Below, in pieces: positions 49,446 to 58,807 of a stretch of DNA of 64,000 nucleotides (position 1 is its first letter; every line of letters starts with the position of its first letter). The position numbers and the translations under genes are program-made. The notes below the pieces were generated by a model. The model was given only the letters and a program-made list of their open reading frames with translations, did no database searches and was not told the origin of the DNA. The stretch comes from a virus (Duplodnaviria; Caudoviricetes): IMG/VR virus record IMGVR_UViG_3300025016_000004; one strand, 5' to 3'.

Positions 49446-51883
49446 TTTTCTTTAAAAATTTTATCTATATAATCAAAGACTTCACTAGTATAATGCGGTG
49501 CTGCACCTAAAAAGAATACTTTATCCAATACAGTGTTGGCTTTTGGGTAAGAGTTTAAGTTACCTAAATGTTTATAACCATCATGCATAAGAATATTACC
49601 AGCAAAATAATTTCTTGTTTGGATTTTATTCTCTTCTAAAAACGCAACCAATTTATCTTTCAATGTTTTTGTTTCACAAATGAAAGGAGTTCCAAACCAA
49701 CAAGCGTCAGCTTTAGATAACATCTTAACTCCACTTAAACCTTCAACATAATTTAATAATATATTTTCAATATTATATTTACTAGCCTTTCTGTTAGAGT
49801 CAATTTCATCAAATTTTCTAAGTTGAACCAATCCAATTGAACCTTGAAGGTCCATAGGTTTAAGGTTATAACCCATATTTGCGAATACATATTTATGGTC
49901 AATAATACCATCATAAGAATCTAACCATTGGTCAAATCTATTTCCACATGTACCACAAGGTAATAAGTTGGCCGAACCAACGCAATAGCAATTGTGTGAA
50001 ACGATACCATTCGCATGATAACTTTCGTCTTTTTCAACTTCGAAATTAAAAACTTCTAAATCTTTAACATCATTTACTTCAATTGATGTGATTTCATGAA
50101 TCGCATATTTTTTATCCTCAGTGAAATATTCACTAACGTAGTGATTTTTCTTTTTACTCCAACCTTCATTTATTAAATCACTAAATATTTCAGCATTTTT
50201 ACCATAAGAAACTAAATTATATAAATCACGTTTCGCTTCTATTAATTTACCATTAACAATACTAGGGGTATGTTTATCTGGGGTTCTAACTAATAAATTT
50301 GGTGAAATATTAAATCTACTTAAAATTAATCTAAATTGGTTTGCTAAATTTATATTAGTGGTTGCTAATGACACAGATTGGAAATCATTTGAACCGTCAC
50401 CTCTCCAATAACCTTTAACCAATTCTATTAATAAATTTTTATCATAATGTATAAATTCATATGGTAACATTTTATTATATGATGAAGTTTTTAACGTTTT
50501 ATTAAAAAATTCGTAACCTTTTCTAGTCTTAAAAGTTATTGACACTCCATTTCCTTTAGGTTTTCTAGTAATCATAGACACCCCGAAATATTTTTTCATT
50601 AAATATTTTACATCATCAATATAATTAATCTCTTTCACGTTAAAAGAGAAATCAACCCTATAATATAAATATTTATTTTTAACATTTTGTTTATTTTTAC
50701 CATTAGACCCCTTATTCCCTTTACCTAAAGAACCTTCCGCTAACCAATAACCAATTAACCTAAATAAATCACCTTCAATGTTTAACTTAAAATTTTTAGT
50801 TTTAAGCAATGTTTTGTATGAATATTCCAAATTTTTAGGGGTAGCTTTATTGTCTGGTACTTTTTGAACTAGGAAATCACCTTTAATTATATCTTTAGGT
50901 TGTGTCCACTCAATTTTATTACCCCTCATTACGTATAATGGGTGATTTTCAGTGACTTTTATATCTTCATTTCTCATTGATTTAATTGTGAAAAGATTTC
51001 CATTATAATTTTTTTTAATTAAATCATAAACTTTCTCATAATTACCATTATGCGTATAAACTTTATCACCAATAACTATATTCTCAATATTTTTAACACC
51101 GTTAGTTGTATATATTGACGTTCCAGCTGGGTGACAATCCCTTCCCCACCAAGTAAAACTAGTGAATAACTTGCTTAATTGATGTATGTTGGTACAAACC
51201 ATTCCACCTTCACCCGTTGAAATATGGTGAGCTGGATAAAATGATGATGACCAAGCAACATAATAATCACTGATATCATTACCATCCCATTTACTACCGA
51301 TACTATCACAACTATCACCAATTAATTGCAAGCTATATTTATTACATAATCTAGTTAAGTAATCCATATCGGGTGGGTTACCTAAAACTGGTGAAACAAA
51401 TATAGCTTTTGTTCTATGAGTTATTTTATTTTCTATTTTGGTAATATCAAAATTCAACGTATCAAACTCAATGTCAACGAATACTGGTTTTAAACCATTC
51501 TGTACAACTGTTGATATGGTAGTAGGGAAGCCTACAGGGGACACAATAACTTCATCACCATCTTCCCATCCAAAATACTTTTTAAGACCCGCAATCAGCA
51601 CTAAATTAGCTGAACTACCAGAATTTACCATTTGGGCATACTTCGCACCAAATTTTTTGGCAAACATACGTTCAAATTTTCTAACATTTTCTCCAGCAAC
51701 TACCCATTTACCTGTAACTAAAGTATTGACCGCTTCTATTATTTCAGTTTCATCCCAATAAGGGCCTGAATATAAAACTTGGGATTCCCCAGCCACAAAG
51801 TTTTTATTATAAAGATACTTAGGGTTATTTTCCTTAACGTATTCTTTTAAATCATTTAATATTTTTTCTAATTTATTATCCAT
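49433..51883 (-). CDS. rfbH: RfbH/DdhC-like PLP-dependent (DegT/DnrJ family) sugar enzyme with intein
   Basis: VNSGSSANL, PVLGNP, SSFYPAHHISTGEGG, WGRD/CYC, YDHKY-like IIDHKY, GYNLKP, RNYFAGN. Confidence 0.85.
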   Translation of the reverse strand: MDNKLEKILNDLKEYVKENNPKYLYNKNFVAGESQVLYSGPYWDETEIIEAVNTLVTGKWVVAGENVRKFERMFAKKFGAKYAQMVNSGSSANLVLIAGLKKYFGWEDGDEVIVSPVGFPTTISTVVQNGLKPVFVDIEFDTLNFDITKIENKITHRTKAIFVSPVLGNPPDMDYLTRLCNKYSLQLIGDSCDSIGSKWDGNDISDYYVAWSSSFYPAHHISTGEGGMVCTNIHQLSKLFTSFTWWGRDCHPAGTSIYTTNGVKNIENIVIGDKVYTHNGNYEKVYDLIKKNYNGNLFTIKSMRNEDIKVTENHPLYVMRGNKIEWTQPKDIIKGDFLVQKVPDNKATPKNLEYSYKTLLKTKNFKLNIEGDLFRLIGYWLAEGSLGKGNKGSNGKNKQNVKNKYLYYRVDFSFNVKEINYIDDVKYLMKKYFGVSMITRKPKGNGVSITFKTRKGYEFFNKTLKTSSYNKMLPYEFIHYDKNLLIELVKGYWRGDGSNDFQSVSLATTNINLANQFRLILSRFNISPNLLVRTPDKHTPSIVNGKLIEAKRDLYNLVSYGKNAEIFSDLINEGWSKKKNHYVSEYFTEDKKYAIHEITSIEVNDVKDLEVFNFEVEKDESYHANGIVSHNCYCVGSANLLPCGTCGNRFDQWLDSYDGIIDHKYVFANMGYNLKPMDLQGSIGLVQLRKFDEIDSNRKASKYNIENILLNYVEGLSGVKMLSKADACWFGTPFICETKTLKDKLVAFLEENKIQTRNYFAGNILMHDGYKHLGNLNSYPKANTVLDKVFFLGAAPHYTSEVFDYIDKIFKEKWVN
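49991..51136 (-). mobile_element. LAGLIDADG intein in the RfbH-like enzyme, 382 aa
   Basis: WGRD|CHPAGTSI...VTENHP...GYWLAEG...GYWRGDG...VFNFEV...IVSHN|CYCV. Confidence 0.92.
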
Positions 51884-51886
51884 ATT

Positions 51887-52696
51887 TTATATTTTAATCC
51901 AATTTTCTGGTATTATATCTTGAGTGTCTTTTGGACCTCTTGGGCCAAACCATTGTTTAGGTGCAATCACCTTAGATTCAGCTAATTCATTTTTTCTCAA
52001 ATAAGCACCCCACCAACTAAAACTACTGTTGGCTATTATTTGACTTCCACAATATGATATCAATAGTAAATCTTCTATCTCTTCAGTAAGAGTTGAATAT
52101 GTGATGTTATCACCTTTAAAAGTTTCTTTACACCAATCGATATCATCTGAAACAAATATAAAATATTTATTTTCAAATATATCCATAGCCTCTTTATAAT
52201 AATTGGTAGTGGTTAAGTTTGTGTGAAAATCACTATTCTTTAAGTAATCACCCCTACGCACATGTACCGCCACTAAATCACTATAATTTAGTTTTTTATC
52301 TACAATAAAATTATATAAAAATGTTACAGCTGTATGTTTAAATCTAATAAATTTTGGATTATAAGGGTTAAATAATTTAATTAAACCATCTTTATAATTT
52401 TTAAAATATTTATCACTTTGGAAATACCCATCTAAAACAATATTGTCGTTTTTAGGGATTTCATTAAATGAAAAAGAAGGCTCCCTATACTCCATATTAA
52501 ACCGAGTATTATCTAACCTATTTATATCTTTAAAAAAACTATCTTTATATTTACTTGATGCATTCCCTTGATTTGGCGTATAGCAAGCGTCAAAATTAAA
52601 TCCATACTCAAATCCATGCCGTTTAGCATAAGCATATACGGTTGCTATTTGAAACATTTGGTTACCTATTCCCCCACACAATTTTGTTGTTACCAT
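51887..52696 (-). CDS. GT11-like fucosyltransferase
   Basis: GGIGNQMFQ, DGYFQS, VHVRRGDY, ANSSFSWW. Confidence 0.88.
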   Translation of the reverse strand: MVTTKLCGGIGNQMFQIATVYAYAKRHGFEYGFNFDACYTPNQGNASSKYKDSFFKDINRLDNTRFNMEYREPSFSFNEIPKNDNIVLDGYFQSDKYFKNYKDGLIKLFNPYNPKFIRFKHTAVTFLYNFIVDKKLNYSDLVAVHVRRGDYLKNSDFHTNLTTTNYYKEAMDIFENKYFIFVSDDIDWCKETFKGDNITYSTLTEEIEDLLLISYCGSQIIANSSFSWWGAYLRKNELAESKVIAPKQWFGPRGPKDTQDIIPENWIKI

Positions 52697-53415
52697 TTAC
52701 TTAATCTATGATATTTTGGTAATTGTCTTATTTTTGTTGCATGTTCAGTCACCATTTTCATATCTAATTTATGCTCATTAATCGGATTTGTTTCATTATA
52801 AACATAATTAATATCAGTCATAAAATGATAATGTTCGGGGCCAGCCATTTCTAACATTGGAAACATGAAACATACATCACCACTCCATTGCCAGTAATCA
52901 CCGTTTTCATCTCTTAAATCTTGTTCTCTAATTGCTCTCCATAACCCAGCTCTCCATGTTCTAATGTGTGAAGCTGTAAATCGGCCAGTTCTAAGATTGT
53001 CAAAATCTTTTTGTCTTTCAGCAAAACCACGAGCACCGCTAGAATACATAAAACTTCCATTGGCAATCCAAATATCTTGGTTTTTATAAACTTCATTTAT
53101 TCTCTCAAAAACCTTTGTATCTGGTAACCAATCATCACCATCGACTTCAATGCAAACATCGTTATCATCAATATTAAGGTTATGTCTTATTGACGTATCA
53201 AAGTTACCCGTTTGATATAGTTTCTTTTCATAGTCATCAAATAAAATAAATCTATCATCATCTTTGATAAAATCTTTGATTAATTGAACTGAATTATCAG
53301 TTGACATATCATGTGTGATATAACAAGTAAAATCTTTATAAGTTTGACTTTGGATTGTTGCCAAAGACCTTTCTATATAATCTTTCGCATTATAAAATCC
53401 ACATAATACTATCAT
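52690..53415 (-). CDS. Glycosyltransferase family 2
   Basis: YNAKDYIERSL, DMSTD, EVDGDDWL. Confidence 0.82.
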   Translation of the reverse strand: MIVLCGFYNAKDYIERSLATIQSQTYKDFTCYITHDMSTDNSVQLIKDFIKDDDRFILFDDYEKKLYQTGNFDTSIRHNLNIDDNDVCIEVDGDDWLPDTKVFERINEVYKNQDIWIANGSFMYSSGARGFAERQKDFDNLRTGRFTASHIRTWRAGLWRAIREQDLRDENGDYWQWSGDVCFMFPMLEMAGPEHYHFMTDINYVYNETNPINEHKLDMKMVTEHATKIRQLPKYHRLSKW

Positions 53416-54092
53416 TGTAAATATTTTTTTAAAACTCTTTTAATATAACCTTTTCGCATACTTTCTAGTTTATCCATACACTCATTAACAATATCACTAT
53501 TTTCAAAACTCCAATCATCGTATTTCTCATTTTTAACTAAATTAATGATGGGTTTAATTTTTAAAACACTACCAATTATTTTACAAATTTCCAAAACTTT
53601 AATCTTCTCAAAACCAGAAATATAAATCGTTTTATTGGTTACTTTATTTTTAGTATAATAAACAATTGATGTAACATCATCCACATCAATAATCGACCTA
53701 CTAATATTTTTATAGATTGAGATTTGTTCACCTTCGATTATAGAAGTTTTTAAAAAATTAACTAGGTTATCTTGGTTACCTTTTTCACCTATTACTTGGG
53801 GCAATTTAACTATCAAATAACTATTTGAATTACTTTTGATTAAATCTTCCATTTCTTGTTTATGGTTGTAATAAGGGTTATTGGTTATACCCGCTAATAT
53901 AGTGGTAAAGTAAATAAACTTTAAATCGTTATTTTTAGTTAATGTTTTTAGAATTAAATCAGCTTCACGTTTAAATTCTAAATCGGATATTTCTTTTGAG
54001 GAAGACACACCCGATGCAAAAACAACGCAATCATCGAACAAGTCGATGGATTCTCTAAAACTTGAGGCTATTAGCCCGTTACCTATAATCAT
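53412..54092 (-). CDS. NAD-dependent epimerase/dehydratase-like protein
   Basis: MIIGNGLIA, FASGVSSS, YYNHK. Confidence 0.65.
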   Translation of the reverse strand: MIIGNGLIASSFRESIDLFDDCVVFASGVSSSKEISDLEFKREADLILKTLTKNNDLKFIYFTTILAGITNNPYYNHKQEMEDLIKSNSNSYLIVKLPQVIGEKGNQDNLVNFLKTSIIEGEQISIYKNISRSIIDVDDVTSIVYYTKNKVTNKTIYISGFEKIKVLEICKIIGSVLKIKPIINLVKNEKYDDWSFENSDIVNECMDKLESMRKGYIKRVLKKYLQ

Positions 54093-54838
54093 TAATCTAT
54101 TATTTTTATTCTTCTATTTAGATAATATCTATAATCATCTATATTTTGTTCATCACTAAAAAGATAATAAGTCCCACAATCATATTTTAAGTTGAAATCA
54201 CTCAACCTTTTACCTTTTGGTGTACACTTTTTTAGGTGGTTTTTTAACCCAACATATTTGTAATGCAATAATTTTAAATCTTCACCATCGTAAGTTTTAA
54301 CTTCACCAATTGGTCTAGCAACGTGTGCACCTAAACTATAATTGATTTCTTGTATCTTATTACAATCAAACATCATTGGTTTATTCATTACATCAACAGG
54401 AAAACCAGATTTAACCAATTCAAATATATCATCTTCAGGTTTTAATTCTAATTCCTCATCAGCAATCATATGAACACCATGTGGTTTGAAAAATGTGTAC
54501 CCTTCTTCGAAAGATTTAATTAAAAACTCTTCCATATTTTCATGATATAAAAACTCGTCAATATCACCAATTATTACATAATCAGCCTCACCAACACTTT
54601 GTTTCCAAACCGTATTTTTTATTTGAGCATGTTTTAAATCATCAAATTTTTCATTTGAATTATATGGAATCACTTCCGTATTTTCAAATGAGTTTATAAT
54701 TTCAACACTACTATCGGTTGACATATTATCTATGATGGTAATCTTCTCACAAAACTTTGAATAATATTTCAAAACATGTGGTAAGATATATTCTTCATTA
54801 TAACATAAAAAATACGCATGCATTATTGGTTTTTTCAT
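54092..54838 (-). CDS. GT2-like glycosyltransferase
   Basis: YNEEYILP, IIDNMSTD, GDIDEF. Confidence 0.78.
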   Translation of the reverse strand: MKKPIMHAYFLCYNEEYILPHVLKYYSKFCEKITIIDNMSTDSSVEIINSFENTEVIPYNSNEKFDDLKHAQIKNTVWKQSVGEADYVIIGDIDEFLYHENMEEFLIKSFEEGYTFFKPHGVHMIADEELELKPEDDIFELVKSGFPVDVMNKPMMFDCNKIQEINYSLGAHVARPIGEVKTYDGEDLKLLHYKYVGLKNHLKKCTPKGKRLSDFNLKYDCGTYYLFSDEQNIDDYRYYLNRRIKIID

Positions 54839-55620
54839 AATTCTAATAATTTAACCCATTTTTGTATTATTTCTTCATTGGTTAAGCTCTCACCATCATG
54901 TACCGTTGCATCGTTGCCAAAAAATTTAGTTCCAGTGGTTTCGCACTCATCTTTAACCAAAGACGCCACTTCACTTTTTGATGACATAAATACAGCACCT
55001 ACCATATCGTACATCCCTTGTTTATCACCAATAAAACCATATTCAATTACATCCTCACTTACCAATGGTTTTACGTAGTTATTATAATATGGACTATCAT
55101 TTACAGTACCAAATAAAATTACTTTTTCATAACCCTCACTTAAAGCTCTTTGTATTGAAGTGTGGGTTTGTTTATTCTCATCAATTGAACCTATTATCCC
55201 AGCAACCTTTTCAACTTCAGGTGATTTTTCTTTTTTCGCTAAAACTTCTTTTAGGTTAGGGATAATTTCATATTTACCATAATATCCACTATGATACATT
55301 TGTTGTTTCTTATTTAAAAATACGGCAGTATCCCAATATTTTTTCACTTTAGCAACTTCAAATATATTCTTTTCATGACAACATAAAATTGTTTTTTTTA
55401 CATCTAATTTATTAGGTAATTGTAAAAAATGTGCAATAACAACATCATCTTTAGATGGTCTGAATTTATTTAGTTTATCAGCTTTACACTTATCTAAATG
55501 CCAATCGTGTGGCCCATAGAATGTTGTTTCATAACCAGCTTCATTTAAAGCGTTTGTTAATCTAACAAATGCAAATGTAGAACCACCTTTTTCACTCCAA
55601 CCTGATATTATTTTTATCAC
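54835..55620 (-). CDS. GT-B/GT4-like glycosyltransferase
   Basis: GGSTFAFVRL, IIGSIDENK, EVASLVKDEC. Confidence 0.6.
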   Translation of the reverse strand: MIKIISGWSEKGGSTFAFVRLTNALNEAGYETTFYGPHDWHLDKCKADKLNKFRPSKDDVVIAHFLQLPNKLDVKKTILCCHEKNIFEVAKVKKYWDTAVFLNKKQQMYHSGYYGKYEIIPNLKEVLAKKEKSPEVEKVAGIIGSIDENKQTHTSIQRALSEGYEKVILFGTVNDSPYYNNYVKPLVSEDVIEYGFIGDKQGMYDMVGAVFMSSKSEVASLVKDECETTGTKFFGNDATVHDGESLTNEEIIQKWVKLLEL

Positions 55621-56705
55621 GCTAATATTTTTTTATATTTTCCCACGTAATCTTCTAATTTAATTTCAGGGTCTATCTTAGTATAGGTTATTTCTGGAAA
55701 AAATTTAGGTAAAACTGCTTCAATTGGTTCAGATGGCCCCACAGTATGAACAATATCATAATTTAAAGGTTTAAATTTATATAATTTACCTTCTTCTGAT
55801 TTTACATTTCCGTTAGGTGTCTTCATTTCGAATTTACCATCACCTTTAATAAAACCTCTAGGAGTGTCTAAAGGGAAAAAATCAATTTTATCCGCTTTAT
55901 ATAATTTAAATGCTTCTGCATCAAATTGTGAGGTTACAGTAACAAAATGACCATCATCTTGTAATAGTTTGGCTAAATCAAATGCAAGCTCCATTGTTAT
56001 TGAAGCTAATAAGATTCTGAATTTATGGTCATCTTTAAACTCTCTACTAATCTTTATTGGTAAATCCTCTTTATATTTCTCAGCAAAAAGACCTCTATTA
56101 ACTTCCCATTGGTCATTGGTTTCACCAATTGACATATGGTTGATTGAAATATTTGTGTGAACTCCAATCTTAACCCCATCTAAATAATTCCTAAAACAAA
56201 AATCAATATCATAAAAATGAAAACCTTCAACAGATTCATCAAAATTATGTTTAAGCCTAGATTTCATTACTGAAAAAAATACACCATCAACAACAACCGC
56301 TTCTTCAATATGATTATTTTGGTCTTCGCTATAACTTGATAATGTTTTTTTACCCTGATGAGTGTGCCAAACACGCCCATACATAGTTTTCCTATCTTCC
56401 CACCATCTACCAGTATCAGCTAAGTATTTTGTACCAGCAACACCTAAAATACCATAATCAGAATTATCATAATGCTTTAATAATTTTTTAGCAAATTGCT
56501 TGGTTTGAATTTCTATATCGTGGTGTAAGAAAACCACAACATCAAATTTAGAATCGTTTAAACCTTTATTATATATTTCAGTTAATGAAAATTCACCTTC
56601 ATTTTTATAAGCTAAAAATTCTACTTTAGGGTGCCCCGCCATTTTTTTTATACCCTTACCATAATCCGTCAAATCATGCGGTGAAGAACAAACAATACTT
56701 ATCAT
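55617..56705 (-). CDS. GT2-like glycosyltransferase with additional C-terminal domain
   Basis: SLTEIYNKG, FLHHDI, GVAG, VVVDGVF, FHFYD. Confidence 0.75.
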   Translation of the reverse strand: MISIVCSSPHDLTDYGKGIKKMAGHPKVEFLAYKNEGEFSLTEIYNKGLNDSKFDVVVFLHHDIEIQTKQFAKKLLKHYDNSDYGILGVAGTKYLADTGRWWEDRKTMYGRVWHTHQGKKTLSSYSEDQNNHIEEAVVVDGVFFSVMKSRLKHNFDESVEGFHFYDIDFCFRNYLDGVKIGVHTNISINHMSIGETNDQWEVNRGLFAEKYKEDLPIKISREFKDDHKFRILLASITMELAFDLAKLLQDDGHFVTVTSQFDAEAFKLYKADKIDFFPLDTPRGFIKGDGKFEMKTPNGNVKSEEGKLYKFKPLNYDIVHTVGPSEPIEAVLPKFFPEITYTKIDPEIKLEDYVGKYKKILA

Positions 56706-56721
56706 AATTTATATTTATTTA

Positions 56722-57075
56722 TTAATCGTTATCTTTCACAAAAATTCCATCAACCATTTTACCAGTTCTTTTTGAAATTACATTATAAGCTGACTCTAAA
56801 CAATCTTCTATTGTTAAACCTTGTATTTCAGTTTGAATTATTAGTGTTACTAATATATCACCTATTGCATCTTTAATCTCATGTTCAGTGTTTTTTAAAT
56901 TACCTTTAGGACAAGTAAATTCAAGATTACCCCTTTCTTGAGCATTTAATGCCATGGTTAATTCACCAACTTCTTCTAGAGTTTTTGTGTGTTGGCTAAT
57001 TGGTGTGGCTTTATCAAAAATAGTTTTATCTTTAGCCCAATCAATCACTTTTATATTTAATTCTTTAAAATTCAT
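56722..57075 (-). CDS. mazG: MazG-like nucleotide pyrophosphohydrolase
   Basis: KTLEEVGEL, IKDAIGDILVTL, CLESAYNVISKRTGKMVDGIFVK. Confidence 0.82.
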   Translation of the reverse strand: MNFKELNIKVIDWAKDKTIFDKATPISQHTKTLEEVGELTMALNAQERGNLEFTCPKGNLKNTEHEIKDAIGDILVTLIIQTEIQGLTIEDCLESAYNVISKRTGKMVDGIFVKDND

Positions 57076-57679
57076 TTTTTTGTTTTAGTATATTAAGAGG
57101 TAATAACTTCTCTGTTTTTTTTTTATTATTTGACCACACTATTAATTCATCTAAAGTCACTCTACCATTATAATACGCCCATAATGTTGCGTTACCAAAT
57201 TGTTTATGTAACCATCTATGGTCAGATGGTGTTATTAATACTAAATTATTTGGGTCGTTATTATTAATATTACAATCTCTATGGTGGGTAATATACCCTT
57301 CTGGTAATTTATTAATATTTAACGTTTCAAATACAATTTTATGGTGTAACTTTATTCTACCAAATTTAGGTAAATAATCTAATTTATAACCACCGTCAGT
57401 TGTTACGTTTTCCCTAAAATTTGGGTTATTCTCACCTAAATATTCTTTTTTTCTAAAATTAGCAACACATTTAGTTGAACAGAAATAACCTTGACTTCTT
57501 TTATATCTTTTCTTAGAAGACTCTTTTAAATGAAACCCTACACCACATTGAGTACAGGTCGTATTAGGTTTACTTTTCCTAAAATTTGCTGAACACTCAA
57601 TACTACAAGTATGAGCGTTTTTAATTTGCTTCCCATATCTTTTAAATAGTTTACCACATATTTTACATTCTATTTCCAT
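57065..57679 (-). CDS. Free-standing HNH homing endonuclease with N-terminal CxxC zinc motifs
   Basis: CKICG, CSIEC, CTQCG, CSTKC; HHRDCNINNNDPNNL...HRWLH. Confidence 0.85.
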   Translation of the reverse strand: MEIECKICGKLFKRYGKQIKNAHTCSIECSANFRKSKPNTTCTQCGVGFHLKESSKKRYKRSQGYFCSTKCVANFRKKEYLGENNPNFRENVTTDGGYKLDYLPKFGRIKLHHKIVFETLNINKLPEGYITHHRDCNINNNDPNNLVLITPSDHRWLHKQFGNATLWAYYNGRVTLDELIVWSNNKKKTEKLLPLNILKQKNEF

Positions 57680-57758
57680 AATTTTTTACCTTTAATATGA
57701 ATATAAATATAACGAAAATGGTTTTATTGAAAATATGGGTTAAATCTATTACACCGAC

Positions 57759-58328
57759 TTACTTAGCTAAAAATTTTTCTTCTATTATGGCTAATTTAAT
57801 GGCGATTTTTAAAACGTCACCTAACGTAGAATTGTACCATTCTGATTGTACATCATCAACTTTATCATAATTAACGATAGCCGCAAATTCTTCATCAGTT
57901 AATTTAATACCACAACTCAAAGCATAATAAGCTGAACGCTCACCAACTTTCATTGAGACTAAATCATTATTGAAATCGTAGAACTTACCTCTTTTTTCTC
58001 TTTGCCATGCGTCTTTTTCTGGAATGTATAATTTTACTTTACCAATTCCATGTAATAAAACCACTTTAAATAATGAATCTTCTTTTATTTTTAGCCCATC
58101 GGTTAAATTATTTTCATTTATTTTATATGCATGTTTCATAACTCTAAGTGTGTGGTCAATTAAACCACCCTCAAATGCATTGTTTAAATGCTCAAAGCTA
58201 GATTCTGGTGCTTTTATTAAATCTTCACCTAAAAGATTTTCCAATTCTTCTGTCATAGCACCATGTTTTCTCGCTGCTTCCAAATACCTTTTGGTATTCT
58301 TTACGATTTTTTCTTTTGTTAGTTCCAT
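57759..58328 (-). CDS. HD-domain-like protein (HD motif reads HG)
   Basis: AFEGGLIDHTLRV, VLLHGIGK. Confidence 0.6.
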   Translation of the reverse strand: MELTKEKIVKNTKRYLEAARKHGAMTEELENLLGEDLIKAPESSFEHLNNAFEGGLIDHTLRVMKHAYKINENNLTDGLKIKEDSLFKVVLLHGIGKVKLYIPEKDAWQREKRGKFYDFNNDLVSMKVGERSAYYALSCGIKLTDEEFAAIVNYDKVDDVQSEWYNSTLGDVLKIAIKLAIIEEKFLAK

Positions 58329-58329
58329 T

Positions 58330-58776
58330 TTATACCTCTGTTTTTATTTTTTTATTTCTAAGTCGTTCTTGAAGTTTTTGAAATGCTTCATCCAATTCTT
58401 TTATATCTGTCTTATGTTTTTTATAAGCCTCTATTTTATCCGATTCATCATTTTTTAGAAATTTTTTCATCCTAGCACTAATCCAAAGTGGTCTACGGTA
58501 GTTATATCGATTACCATATAAATCTAAGGCTCCCTTCAATTCTTCATTATACTTCTCCGCTTCTTTTATTGTTTTAATATCTGTGATGGAAGACTTATTT
58601 TTCTGGTACATTAAGTACTGAAGTCTTTTTTTATTTTCTTCTAAGAATGAATACAACGCTTCTTCTCTTGTTAGTTCCATAGGTCTAACAAAATCTTTAT
58701 TTACCAACGAATATAATATCCTAATTATATAAATTGATATCTTTGATAATACACTTTTAATTGTTTTTATATTCAT
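58330..58776 (-). CDS. Hypothetical protein
   Basis: Tightly packed ORF; no motif recognised. Confidence 0.5.
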   Translation of the reverse strand: MNIKTIKSVLSKISIYIIRILYSLVNKDFVRPMELTREEALYSFLEENKKRLQYLMYQKNKSSITDIKTIKEAEKYNEELKGALDLYGNRYNYRRPLWISARMKKFLKNDESDKIEAYKKHKTDIKELDEAFQKLQERLRNKKIKTEV

Positions 58777-58807
58777 TTTTACTTAAAATATTCATAACGC
58801 AATTATA

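Noticed and set aside
57680-57758. Possible mazG stub upstream of the HNH gene (VIDLTHIFNKTIF versus VIDWAKDKTIF)
   Set aside because: Short, gapped match with no start codon in AT-rich DNA; too weak to count as a fourth replacement cassette, though worth rechecking against relatives.
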